A stretch of 64,000 nucleotides of DNA. Origin: Octopus sinensis. Lineage: Eukaryota. The stretch lies in NCBI RefSeq assembly GCF_006345805.1, contig NC_042997.1:42408001-42472000 (forward strand), read 5' to 3'. The notes beneath the pieces are model-generated. The model was not told the origin of the DNA, did not search any database, and was given only the letters and a program-made list of their open reading frames with translations. Each line of letters begins with the position of its first letter. Within the stretch, counting starts at the first letter, position 1. Below, one piece after another: positions 24,876-39,505 of the stretch. The position numbers were made by a program, and so were the translations under genes.

Positions 24876-25540
24876 TGGGTTGTCAAGAAAGTTCTTGCAG
24901 GATCTATTTTCAAATTAATTTCTGTTAAATTACTTTGACTTTATAAATCATTTTAAAGCCCGTTTTTCGCTCTATCTCATCGCGTTACTCTTTTTCTTTT
25001 TGAATAGTTAGGCCATTTTTTCGGAATGTTGAATACAACATGGACAAAAAGGAAATTTGCACAATTTTCTTCTTCCACTTTAAGCTAGGCCAAAAAACTT
25101 CCCTGGGCAGGCAAGGCACAGTATTTTGCTGCAACTCTTTTCATTCGCAATGCCTCACCCAAAATCCATTGGCAAGACCTCCAGGACACACCAGTCATAT
25201 CAATAAGTTCATCAATTGTTTGGCAACAGCCCTCCAAGATTAGTTCTTGAAATTTCATGATGTTTTCATTCATGCAGGGGGTCGACAGTCAGTCTTCAAG
25301 CAACAAGGGACCATTCCTAAAGCATGAAAACCACTCGTAAACTTGTGTTTCGCTTATGACAGCATCCTTGTGAGCTGTTTGAAGCATGACAACTGTTTTG
25401 GTTGCTGTTTTCCCCAGCAGAAAAGAGAATTTCAAGGAAGCAGGCTGTTCCTTTATTTCAGCCATCGCAAAAAGGGGAGGAACACTCCAAAACAAAGATG
25501 TACCACATGGCAATATGACATCACCTGATGATACCAGTTA
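24876..25540. mobile_element. Two different mariner 5' fragments fused in opposite orientation
   Basis: +: TIR-like ttgggttgtcaagaaagttc and MDKKEICTIFFFHFKLGQK. -: MAEIKEQ..KFSFLLGKTATKT..QVYEWFSCFRNG and ENIMKFQELI..TIDEL..GVSWRSCQWIL. Confidence 0.7.
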
Positions 25541-25542
25541 TA

Positions 25543-25866
25543 CGGAAGCACTCCATCGGTTACGACGATGAGGGTTCCGGTTGATCCGAATCAACGGAAC
25601 AGCCTGCTCGTGAAATTAACGTGTAAGTGGCTGAGCACTCCACAGACACGTGCACCCTTAACGTAGTTCTCGGGGAGATTCAGTGTGACACAGAGAGTGA
25701 CAAGGCCGGCCCTTTGAAATACAGGTACAACAGAAACAGGAAGCCTCATGGAGCTTTTAGGTGTTTTCGCTCAATAAACACTCACAACGCCCGGTCTGGG
25801 AATTGAAACCACGATCTTATGACTGCGAGTCCGCTGCCCTAACCACTGGGCCATTGCACCTCCACC
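25543..25866 (-). mobile_element. SINE family C with 9-bp TSD
   Basis: CCAGTTATA at 25534-25542 and 25867-25875. Confidence 0.88.
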
Positions 25867-26739
25867 CCAGTTATATATAATACATATAACATGTTTTTCA
25901 GTTTCCATCTACCAAATCTATTAATAAGGCTTTGGTTACCCCATGGCTATAGCAGAAGATATCTGTCCAAGGTGCTACACAGTTAGACTGAACCCAAAAC
26001 TATGCAGTAAGGAAGTAAACTTCTGGACAACACAGGAAGATCTCAAAACAAATGAACAAACTTAAAAGCACACAAAAAAAAATGACTTCATGAGTTGACC
26101 TTGAAATTGCAATTTAGTTCAAGGGGTAAAAAAGAAAGCTCAAAAGAAATATATCTTGTATTAGAAGAGGTCACATAAAATAGGTTATCTAAAAGAAAAG
26201 GAAATAATGAAAAGGCTGTAGGTAGGCTTTGTTATTGTAAAGTAGTAATTAAGTTGAAATATTTATAGCCATTGTAACATACTAAATACTGCCATAAAAT
26301 TCATCAAGGCTAGTTGACAGACACAAAGGTTACAAGGCAAGGAAGTAGTGGAAAATAACACAACAGATAAATGGCTATAACCTTTCCATCCGTCCATCCA
26401 TACGTACATACATACATGTCCTATACTATTAATAAACAGTGTTTTGAATATAGCCAGAACAACTACCAGATGTTTGTACAATTTTCAAAATACTTATCTG
26501 AATTTCATTTTTGATACGTACAGTTTTCAATATCATTTTATCATCCATTATTATACACCTGAAAGACATCAGAGAGAATTTGTTCATACAGATTTTTTAC
26601 AGTATCTCCTTCCCAGCAAACCTCACCTGAAATATTTTCCCATGGTTGAATGTTTTCACAGAAGATTGAAAATGAAAGATACTGCTTATATGTTGGCAGT
26701 GCTCATTTGTAATTATCATGTGATGGAGCTGTTGCTGCA

Positions 26740-27200
26740 GCTAGGAACAGAGGTCTTTTCAACTTAGTGTCAAGGCTGGATTGTTTGATGCTTGTGTTGA
26801 AACTTTGATGTTGCATTGTAGCAAGGCATAGGCTTTCAATATAGAAGATTTGCAAAGAAATTTAGCTAGCATGGCTCCAAACAGGTGTGTATTGTTAGTG
26901 TGCATGAACATCAGAGTAGAAATGAGCTCAGAGAAAAACTGGGTATAAGTGTAATTAGATGCAGCAAGCAAGAGAGGAGGTTGAACAAGTACCTGGGCAT
27001 GTGGTGCATATTGAGGATAACTTCTGTACACAAAAGTACTGAAAACCTAAAGTTCATGGAACCTGTTGAAGAGGGAAACCAAGGAAGGCTTGGGACAAAA
27101 TGGTGAAGAATGACCTGATGAGGCCATATTTCACATGGAAGATAACAAAGGACTGTACTGACTGGTGATATGCAGTACTACAGAAAACCCATTCACCCAT
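26740..27200 (+). pseudogene. Highly decayed RTE RT C-terminal fragment
   Basis: SRNELREKLGISVIRCSKQERRL parallels RTE CGVQERRLRW. Confidence 0.55.
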
Positions 27201-27248
27201 GGACAAGCACACCCTAACACAAGGATTGAGAAGCTACATGTTTTTTTT

Positions 27249-27490
27249 ATCGTTTAACGTCCGTTCTCCATGCTAGCACGGGTTGGATGGTTCAACTGGG
27301 GTCTGGGAAGCCAGAAGGCTGCACCAGGCTCCAGTCTTATCTGGCAATGTTTCTACAGCTGGATGCCCTTCCTAACACCAACCACTCCGTGAGTGTAGTG
27401 GGTGCTTTTTACGTGCCACCTGCACAGGTGCCAGGCAAGGCTGGCAACGGCCACGGTCGGATTGGTGCTTTTTACGTGCCACCCGCACGG
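27249..27490 (-). mobile_element. RTE 3' end with modules
   Basis: Terminal motif. Confidence 0.8.
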
Positions 27491-28926
27491 ATGTATCTGT
27501 GCAAATGATATATGCATGTATGAACAGTTCCCAACCAGATGCACCTTCCACCCCACCCCACCCCCTCTAGATGTCCCATCTTTTCATTACAGTACATTCT
27601 CTCCCTAGTTACCTCTATTGTCACCCAACGACATCCTCTTACTGTTACCCCATTACCTGTTCTTACCCCTCTAGGATACTCTCAAACCTTTCTTTCCTTT
27701 ACTCCACCGAACTACCATGCCCCCTACCTCTCTGGCCTCCCCACTTGGGATGCTTTCTACTTTTATGCTACCCACCAGCATCTACTTCTTGCCCCTCTCC
27801 CTCCTTTCTTACACTACCCTCTTCCCAATAGTTTCCCTACTGATCTACCTGCATGACCCCCTCTACAGCCCTTATTCCTTCCATGACTCATCTCCACCCA
27901 TTTTTATTCCTTTCCCTCATAGCATCTCTCTATTACTTGCTTCTTGTGTTGGGTAGCTCTAGACTCTCCCCTATCACCTTTTCAAGTCTATCCCTCCCTT
28001 TTTCACAGCTGTCACAAATTCCTTCCCTGCCATACTCTCATCTTTCCATCCCTCTGGCTAGAATCATCGACTTTCTCTTCTGTTCCCCCTCAATGATAGG
28101 GACTACTTTGGGGCCTTAGCCTAGTAAGTTACAAGGCAATCATCACAAGTGCTGGTGCCGTGGGAAAAGCATCCCATTCATTCTGTAAAGTGGTTGACAT
28201 TAGGAAGAGTATCCAATAGAAATCATATGAAAGTAAACACGAGGATATAATGCAGACCTACTGTTGGACTGTCAAGGAAGCCAGAGATTAAATGATGGTG
28301 ATATATATACACACACACAGGCCTTCTTTCAGTTTCTGTCTACCAAATCCACTCACAAAGCTTTGGTTAATCTGGGGCTATAGTAGAAGACACTTGACCA
28401 AGGTGCTATACAGTGGGAATGAACCTAAAGTCACATGATGGAGAAGCAAACTTCCTCGCCACTTAACCATGCTTCAACCTCTGTCCATTTCAAAGATGAG
28501 ATGAGTAAACTGTGATTACAATTATAACTTTCCATTCTCTAAATAGTTATTTGTATATTGTTTTACAAACAACTTGAGCACAGGCAAGTGCTACCAGTCG
28601 AAAGCTCCACATACTGGAAGCCAGCAAATGTATGGGGTCATCAGGAGAGAAAGCACACCATTTCAGGGCCTACCTCTAGACAGCGTCATTGCACACCGGC
28701 CCCACTTTACTGATATGAGGCCCCGTTTGCTAGATCAGCTGGTTATCAAATAAAGCTCAATATTCTAGCCATCACTCATCTCTTTTTAACCAAATCCAGT
28801 GGCTAGCCTTTTCCACTATAGTTTGGATATTGTTCATGGTGGTATTCACTTTATGATGAGTTAATAAAATCAAAGGCAGTGGATTAACCAAGTTGAGTGT
28901 CAGGTGAAATGCATTGTAGCATTTAA

Positions 28927-29213
28927 CCCTTTAACATTCAGATCAATCTGTCAAATGTAAAGCCTGTTTAATCACATTGTTTTAAATTAATTGTACGGTA
29001 TCTTGTAATTCTGAGATTTTGACGATGTCCCTGTTTATTTTTAGAATGACTTTGCAGGGTAGGTGTGAGAGGTCAGAGCTGGCTGTTGATGATGTCCCTG
29101 TTTATTTTTAGAATGACTTTGTAGGGTAGGTGTGAGAGGTCAGAGCTGGCTGGTTTGAGAATAAAACAGGAAGACAATTTTGGCCTGGCATGGCCGGTTT
29201 AAACACTAAAGGG
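28927..29213. mobile_element. piggyBac-like MITE
   Basis: TTAA|CCCTTTA...TAAAGGG|TTAA; internal ~63-bp duplication; decayed inverted copy at ~58160-58385. Confidence 0.8.
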
Positions 29214-29309
29214 TTAATCCAGTTCCTTGTATTTTGAGCTCAAACCCTGATGAAACCAACTTTGTTTTTCATCCACCTGGGGGTTGTTAAGAAAATGCCA
29301 GTCAATAGA

Positions 29310-29880
29310 TAGGAACCCCTATCTTGCCCAGGATATCAATCGTCTGGAAGCTGTTCAGCGACGTGCAACCAAAAGAATACCCTCCATCAGGCATTTGCCA
29401 TATCCTGAACGCCTTACTTCTCTGGGCATGGACACATTGAAACTCCGACGTCTGGCAGCTGACTTGGCAGACACCCATAAAATTATTAACCATCTTACAA
29501 ACAATAACTCTGAGCACCTTTTCAAACACCACCCGTCTAACACCTGTGGACATATTTACAAAGTCAGAAAACAGCACAGCTCCCATGACTTTCAGAAACA
29601 TTTTTCCACGCTTAGAGTTGCTGAAGCACAGAACAAACTGCCGGCAGCAGTTGTTAGTTGTCGGAGCACTGCATCCTTCAAAACTTCCATGCTTCCTGAG
29701 ATTCGCCAACACTACACCTGATTTTCTCCCCTCCATACACACACAAGCATGTATCTGACTCATACATTCTTCGCTTTCCAGACATTTCTACATTACTGCA
29801 TATGCTTTATATGCACTTTCTGACAAGTTGTGGTGCACCTGAGCACTGTATACAATAATTTCATTATATATTATATTATA
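29310..29880 (+). pseudogene. CR1 LINE 3' end
   Basis: QDINRLEAVQRRATKRIP..YPERL..LRRL..; (ATTAT)-like tail. Confidence 0.82.
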
Positions 29881-30232
29881 TAATATCTGTGACTATTATT
29901 TCTGTACAACCAGATTTCTTCCTCCTTACCTTCAGATCAAGCAAAAGAATCACAGCAAGAAGCAACTGGATTAAAACCTAGTTAGTGCAATATTTAATCC
30001 CCTTAAAACATCCTGTTATTTGCCATTGTCATCATTCTGTCCCTTCCTCACACAGAAAATGTTGAGGCAGATCTTCTACAGATAGATGCCTTTCCTGTCC
30101 ACAAACCTTTATCTTTCCACAGAATGGATACTACTTGCAGGACAGTGATACTCGTTTACAACTATCACAAGATATCAAAACAAGATGGCACAAATACACA
30201 CACACACACACATATATATGATTGATTGATAG

Positions 30233-31272
30233 ATAGGCAAAGGCATGGCTCTGTGGTAAGAAGCTTGCTTCCCAACCACATGGTTCCAGGTTCAGTCTCA
30301 CAAAGAACCTTGGGTGTCTTCTACTACAGCCTTGTGAATGGATTTGGTAGACAGAAACCGAAGAAGCTGGTTGTATATATATGTGTGTGGCACGTAAAAG
30401 CACCATCCGTTCATGTTCGTTACCAGCCTCGCCTGGCCCCCGTGCAGGTGACACGTAAAAGCACCATCCGTTCGTGGCCGTTTGCCAGCTCTGTCTGGCC
30501 CCATGTCGGTGGCACGTAAAAGCACCATCTGTTCGTGTCCGTTGCCAGCCTCGCCTGGCCCCCGTGTCGGTGGCACGTAAAAGCACCATCCGTTCGTGTC
30601 CGTTGCCAGCCTCGCCTGGCCCCCGTGTCGGTGGCACGTAAAAGCACCATCTGTTCGTGTCTGTTGCCAGCCTCGCCTGGCCCCCGTGTCGGTGGCACGT
30701 AAAAGCACCATCCGTTCGTGTCCGTTGCCAGCCTCGCCTGGCCCCCGTGTCGGTGGCATGTAAAAGCACCATCCGTTCGTGTCCGTTGCCAGCCTCGCCT
30801 GGCCCCCGTGTCAGTGGCACATAAAAGCACCATCTGTTCGTGGCCGTTTACCAGCTCTGTCTCGCACCTGTGCGGGTGGCACGTAAAAAGCACCCACTAC
30901 ACTCACGGAGTGGTTGGCGTTAGGAAGGGCATCAAGCCGTAGAAACACTGCCAGATCTGACTGGGCCTGACGAAGCCTTCCAGCTTCACAGACCCCAGTT
31001 GAACCGTCCAACCCATGCTAGCATGGAAAGCGGACGCTAAATGATGATGATGATGATGATGATGTATGTATATATCTTTGTCTGTGCTTGTCCTCTCATC
31101 ACCGCTTGATAACTGTCTTTTGTTTTTCTTTTACATCCTCATAACTTAGCAGTTCAGTAGAAAAAGACTGACAGAATAAATACTAGGCTTTAAAAAAGTA
31201 AGTCCTAGGGGTGTATTTGACTAAAACCCTTCAAGGTGTTGCTCCAGTCAAATGACTGAAACAAGTAAAAGT
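30233..31272 (+). mobile_element. SINE family A split by an RTE 3' fragment inserted in its internal microsatellite
   Basis: SINE head 30233-30386, SINE tail resumes at 31046. Confidence 0.75.
30387..31045 (+). repeat. RTE 3' end carrying a tandem array of 8 x 61-nt modules plus terminus
   Basis: cacgtaaaagcacc-type motif at 30391, 30452, 30513, 30574, 30635, 30696, 30757, 30818, 30880. Confidence 0.92.
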
Positions 31273-31789
31273 ATACAATGGGCTTCTTTGAGCTCATCAA
31301 ATCCACTGAGGGCTTTGGTTGGCCCAAGCTTTCGCATAGTGGAACTGAACCTGAAACCATACACTTGGAAAGCATCTTACCCCAGCCAAACCTACACATA
31401 CACGTGCGAATCACTTCAGTAATGTATATACTTTCATACACTTGAGACTCAGACAGGTTTACAGAATTTTAAATAACAGAGTAGAAATACTAATAAGCTA
31501 TTGCTAAAGGTCTAGTACTAAACTCCAGCTGGTGGTTGTATCACCTATTTTTACAGAGACCCTTGAGAATAACATGCAATTTATCAAAGTAACTTATTGG
31601 TGGATGTCATTCAAAATATATTTACACACACACATACACAGCAACCTTCAAGTCACCCCAGCCAATGAAGGATGCTATTTCTGACAGGTCACTCAACTTA
31701 CCAAAAATAACAGCCAAATCACATCCTACAAGCTTTCAAAAAACAGGAAGCATTACTTTTGATTTATCTGGCCACATATTCTTTTATTT

Positions 31790-32095
31790 GCTTTAGCCAT
31801 GCTGGAGCACTGCCTTGAGTCAAATCAACCCCAGTACTTATTCTATCAGTCTCTTGTTGAACCGCTACATTACAGGGATGTAAATACACCGTCAGTTGTC
31901 AAGCGATGGTGGGTAGACAGACGCAAATATATACAACGGGCTTCTTCCAGTTTTCGCCTACCAAATCCACTCACAAGGCTTTGGTCAGCCCAAGGCTATA
32001 GTAAAAGACTTGCCCAAGGTGCCTCGCAATGGGACTGAACCTGGAACCATGCAGTTGGGAAGCAAGCTTCTAACCACACAGCCACTCCTGCACCT
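31790..32095 (-). mobile_element. SINE family A
   Basis: Same motifs as 1311. Confidence 0.75.
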
Positions 32096-32579
32096 GCAAA
32101 ATAAAAAAATCCTAGCAGGAACACCTTTGATCAAAGACTGCCTGAACATAAGCTCGCCAAGATCTAAACAAGCAATGAGTACAGTGGTTACCTGACCAAG
32201 AAAAAAGTGACTGGAGAACTTCACTGACAATACCTTGGCTTTTTATAGCCAGTGGAACACCAAGCTTTGAATATGGTTGGTTTATTCACAAATAATAGAG
32301 TTAGATTTTAACTAAAACTGGGCTAAATTACTTTTTAATACTAATAAATGTTGAAGGAGTTAACTTGATGTTGCTAAAATATTTCCTAACACCAACTAAA
32401 ACCTCAAATAGTGAAGCTTCTTCAGTAACACCACAAAATTGTGAAAATATTGGAAAATCTTTATGATAGAAAGACACCTTTGCTTTTGTAATATTAAAAA
32501 AATTTTAATGATAGAACTCTAAATTCAAGTTCCAGAATGCATTATATACAGAGCTTCATAAACCACATATATATATATA

Positions 32580-32952
32580 TCTCTATATATAAAGTCAAGT
32601 TGTGTGTCTGTCTCCTACGATTTAGATTCCTAACTACTCCCACATTTTGCGGTCCAGTTTAACCAAAACCGGGTATCTTATAGTCGTGATTCATATCGAG
32701 CCCTTCTGGGTATTAGCGCGCGTCTATGATTTAAAAAAAAATTTACCATCATTTTTTCCATTTTAATGCATTTTTTCGCTATTATATAAGGGAAGTAACT
32801 CTCTAAAAATGTCTACGAGGAGTCAACGATTAAAAAAAAATTTACCATCAATTTTTTTTCCATTTTTAATGCATTTTTTTGCTATAACTCTCAAAAATGC
32901 TTATATAGTTATTTCCCTTATAAACCCGAGCAACGCTGGGCGATACTGCTAG
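32580..32952 (+). mobile_element. Non-autonomous Helitron
   Basis: 5' TC, 3' hairpin + CTAG|T; internal duplication. Confidence 0.85.
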
Positions 32953-33387
32953 TATATATATACACACACACACATCTCCTTTAACCCCTTACCTGGCAAA
33001 GACAAATTAACTTGTCTTCAGCCCATTTGTCTTTTTCAGAGTGCAACAAGTAAACTTGTCCAAAACAATTTCAAAAACAGCTTCAGACAAGTTTGCCATA
33101 TGGCAATTCTCAGTTTTTTTTTCTTTTCTACAAATGGTATCGTCAAAATAAAATTTGAAGTAAAATATCAGAAATAGATAAAAGTTATTTCCATATTCAG
33201 CATTAAAAATACTATATAAAAAAAAAAAACCATCCCAACCACATGGTTCTGGGTTCAGTCCCACTGCTTGGCACCTTGGGAAAGTGTCTTCTATAGCCTC
33301 AGGCCGACCAAAGCCTTGTGAGTGGATTTGGTAAACGGAAACTTAAAAGCCCATCATGTGTGCGTGTATATATATATATATATATAT

Positions 33388-33581
33388 AATTATTAGAGAG
33401 TTATCCACTATGTGGATAACTCTATGCTAAAAATAGCTCCGAAGCAACCACAGAAGATCTGTTTCCAACTAGAATCAACATACATTATGTTGATTCTAGT
33501 TGGAAACAGATCTTCTGTGGTTGCTTCGGAGCTATTTTTAGCACTAGAGTTATCCACATAGTGGATAACTCTCTAATAATT
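33388..33581. repeat. Near-perfect palindrome (~95-bp arms, 3-nt loop) with nested sub-hairpins
   Basis: Centre aacata-cat-tatgtt at 33477-33491; each arm contains gagttatccac-tat/ata-gtggataactc. Confidence 0.95.
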
Positions 33582-33737
33582 TATGTATAAATTTGTATTT
33601 TCTCCGTAGTTTTTTGTGCTAAGCCACTTGGTGTTAAATAATGGTATTATTAAATTAATATCGATTTTTCACCCTCATTTATAATTATATATATATATAT
33701 ATGTATGTATATATATATATATATGTATGTATATATA

Positions 33738-33776
<39 letters not shown>

Positions 33777-33777
33777 C

Positions 33778-34623
33778 AAAATCAAATCAAAACAAATCAA
33801 AATAGATGAACATCAATGGAATTTGTATCTTTGTGGTACCAGTGCCGGTGGCACACAAGAGAAACCATCCGAAAGTGGCCGTAGCCAGTACCGCATCGAC
33901 TGGCCTCCGTGCTGTGGGCACATGACAAACACCATCCGATCGTGGCCGTTCGCCAGCCTCATCTAGCACCTGTGTCGGTGGCACATAAAAACACCATCCG
34001 AAGACCCGGCAAGACTAGTCAGGCCATAACCCATGGCCCCTACCTGGGACGTAGTCAGTCCACCTGTGCATACCTTCCTTCTTGTGACACTTGTGAAGAC
34101 CTGTTGAGGCAAGTGAAAATCAAATCAAAACAAATCAAAATAGATGAACATCAATGGAATTTGTATCTTTATGGTACCAGTGCCGGTGGCACGTGGCACA
34201 CAAGAAAACCATCCAAACGTTGCCGTAGTCAGTACCGCATCGACTGGCCTCCGTGCTGTGGGCACGTAACAAACACCATCCGATCGTGGCCGTTTGCCAG
34301 CCTCATCTGGCACCTGTGTCGGTGGCACATAAAAACACCATCCGAGCGTGGCCGTCTGCCAGCCTCGTCTGGCACCTGTGTCGGTGGCACATAAAAAACA
34401 CCATCCGAGCGTGGCCGTTTGCCAGCCTCGTCTGGCACCTGTGTCGGTGGCACATAAAATCACCCACTACACTCTCGGAGTGGTTGGCGTTAGGAAGGGC
34501 ATCCAGCTGTAGAAACACTGCCAGATCTGACTGGACTGGTGCAGCTTTCGGGCTCCCCAGACCCCAGTTGAACCATCCAACCCATGCTAGCATGGAAAGC
34601 GGACGTTAAATGATGATGATGAT
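33778..34623 (+). mobile_element. RTE 3'UTR with ~338-bp tandem duplication and module array, inside (TA)n
   Basis: aaatcaaatcaaaacaaatc block at 33781 and 34119; modules; (GAT)n tail. Confidence 0.82.
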
Positions 34624-34825
34624 ATGTATGTATATATATGTGTGTATATATATATATATGTATGTATATGTGTGTGTGTGTGTGTGTGTGTAATAATAAT
34701 TTTAGGAAGTATATCCAAACTTACTGGGGAAAATTCAATTTAGTATTAAATCAAATTTCACAATATATATAAATTAGAGAAAAACCATTATTATGCAATT
34801 CAAAGAATGATAGACATAAACCAAA

Positions 34826-35203
34826 TCTTTATATATAAAAGTGAAGTTGTGTGTCTGTCTCCTACGATTTAGATTCCTAACTACTCCCACATTTTGCGGT
34901 GCAGTTTAACCAAAACCGGGTATCTTATAGTCGTGATTCATATCGAGCCCGTCTGGGTATTAGCGAGCATCTACGATTTTTAAAAGAATTTACCATCAAT
35001 TTTTCCCATTTTTAATGCATTTTTGGCATAAGGGAAGTAACTCTCTAAAAATGTATTATTAAATCTCAGAACGTAAAAAGCTACAGTAACACCCCCCCTT
35101 TGTGGTTAGCCATATTGAGATGGCTATTATACTTTACATCTCTAAAAATGCTTATATAGTTATTTCCCTTACAAACCCGAGCAATGCCGGGCGATACTGC
35201 TAG
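34826..35203 (+). mobile_element. Non-autonomous Helitron
   Basis: A|TC...CTAG|T; empty site preserved in the inverted copy at 36300-36330. Confidence 0.9.
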
Positions 35204-35270
35204 TCATAAATAAAAAATAAGATATATTTTAAAACATAACTAGATCACAAAAAGTACAAAAATGAATAAA

Positions 35271-36230
35271 CATCATCATCGTTTAACGTCCGTTCTCCAT
35301 GCTAGCATGGGTTGGACGGTTCAACTGGGGTCTGGGAAGCCAGAAGGCTGCACCAGGCTCCAGTCTTATCTGGAAATGTTTCTACAGCTGGATGCCCTTC
35401 CCAACGCCAACCACTCTGTGAGTGTAGTGGGTGCTTTTTATGTGCCACCCGCACAGGTGCCAGGCAAAGCTGGCAACGGCCACGGTCGGATTGGTGCATT
35501 TTACGTGCCACCGGCACAGAAGCCAGTCGAGGCGGCACTGGCTTCGGCTGGTGCTTTTTATGTGCCACCAGCACGGAAGCCAGTCGAGGCGGCGCTGGCA
35601 TCGGCCACGATTCGGATAGTGCTTTTTACGTACCACCAGTCCAGGGGTCCTGGCATCTGCCGGGTGCCAGTCATAGGATTGGTTCAATTTCGATTTCACT
35701 TGCCCCAACAGGTCTTTGCAAGCAAAGTGGGGTTGGCATAGGTGCCTGTCGTCGGATGAGGTTCGATATCGACTTCGCTTGCCTCAACAGGTCTTTGTGT
35801 GTCCAAGGGAGGAAAGGCATGCATAAGTGGGCTGGACTCACTTGTCCTGCCTGGTCTTCTCACGTACAGCATATTTCCAAAGGTCTCGGTCGCTGGTCAT
35901 TTCCTCAGTGAGACCTAAAGTTCGAAGGTCGTGCTTCACCACCTCGTCCCAGGTTTTCCTGGGTCTACCTCTTCCACGGGTTCCCTCAACTGCTAGGGAT
36001 TGGCACTTTTGCACACACCTATCCTCATCCATTCTCACCACATGACCATACCAGCGCAATCGTCGCTCTTGCACACCACAACTGATGCTTCTTAGGTCCA
36101 ACATTTCTCTCAGGTACTAACGCTCTGTCGAGTATGCACACTGACATTACACATCCATCGGAGCATACTGGCTTCATTCCTCACGAGCTTACACATGTCC
36201 TCAGCAGTCACGGCCCATGTTTCACTGCCA
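35271..36230 (-). mobile_element. 5'-truncated RTE LINE
   Basis: LDLRSISCGVQERRLRWYGHVVRM...DRDLWKYAV; 3'UTR modules; (GAT)n tail. Confidence 0.88.
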
Positions 36231-36599
36231 TATATATAATATATACTTATTACTTATATATTGTTTAACCATTTTTGTACTTTTTGTGATCTAGTTATGC
36301 TTTAAAATATATTTTATTTGATTTGGTTTATGTCCATCATTGTTTGAATTGCATAATAGTGGTTTTCTCCAATTTATATATATAATTTGTGTCTGTATTT
36401 GTCCCCCCCATCATAGCTTGACAACCAATGGTGTTTGCATCTCCCTGACTTAGCAGATCAGCAAAAGAGACCAATAAAATAAGCACTAAGCTTACAAAGA
36501 ACAAGTCCTAGTGTTGATTTGTTCAGCACGGTGCTCCAGCATGACTGCAGCAAGTAAAAGAAATATATACACACACTCATCTAAACCTTTGACATTCAC

Positions 36600-39101
<2,502 letters not shown>

Positions 39102-39505
39102 TTACTTTTTATCTAAATTGGCCTTTTCAGATTTTGTGTCTTTTGCTGTACCACCACCACCACTTCCACCACCACCAGCAGCAGCACACTGGGGATTACT
39201 GATTACATCTCTTTTGGCATCTGAAGATTGGACCTGCTTCATTGTTGGCTTCTTTTGTGGATTTAAAAAATTCTGGGCATGTTTCAAAACTTCACTTCGT
39301 TCCCGAGCCTGCTGAGCCTTAAAGTTGCGACCAGAGCGTTGTCCAGAATAAAGTTGAGGTGCTTGCTGTACAGGAGGTGGAGATTGAACTGCAGTTAACT
39401 GTTGCATTTGAACATTAGGCGGTCTCTGGATAGGAGAAGAATAGCTGGCTCTTGGATGAGGATTATTGGGCCGGATCATATTACCAACAACCATTTGACG
39501 AACAA
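39102..39505 (-). CDS. PRRC2: PRRC2 last coding exon (VVRQMVVG...QARERSEVLKHAQNFLNP...NLDKK*)
   Basis: atattttgtag|TT, phase 1; TAA at 39102-39104. Confidence 0.87.

Noticed and set aside
30563-30620. Pistol or HDV-like ribozyme similarity of the module
   Set aside because: P1 followed by AAA resembles pistol, but there is no P2/P3 arrangement. The CCAG-CCUCG-CUGG hairpin resembles HDV P3, but P1, P2 and J4/2 could not be assigned
30387-30895. CRISPR-like array (constant ~20-nt motif every 61 nt)
   Set aside because: The spacers are near-identical, there are no cas genes, the context is eukaryotic, and the array is part of an RTE 3'UTR
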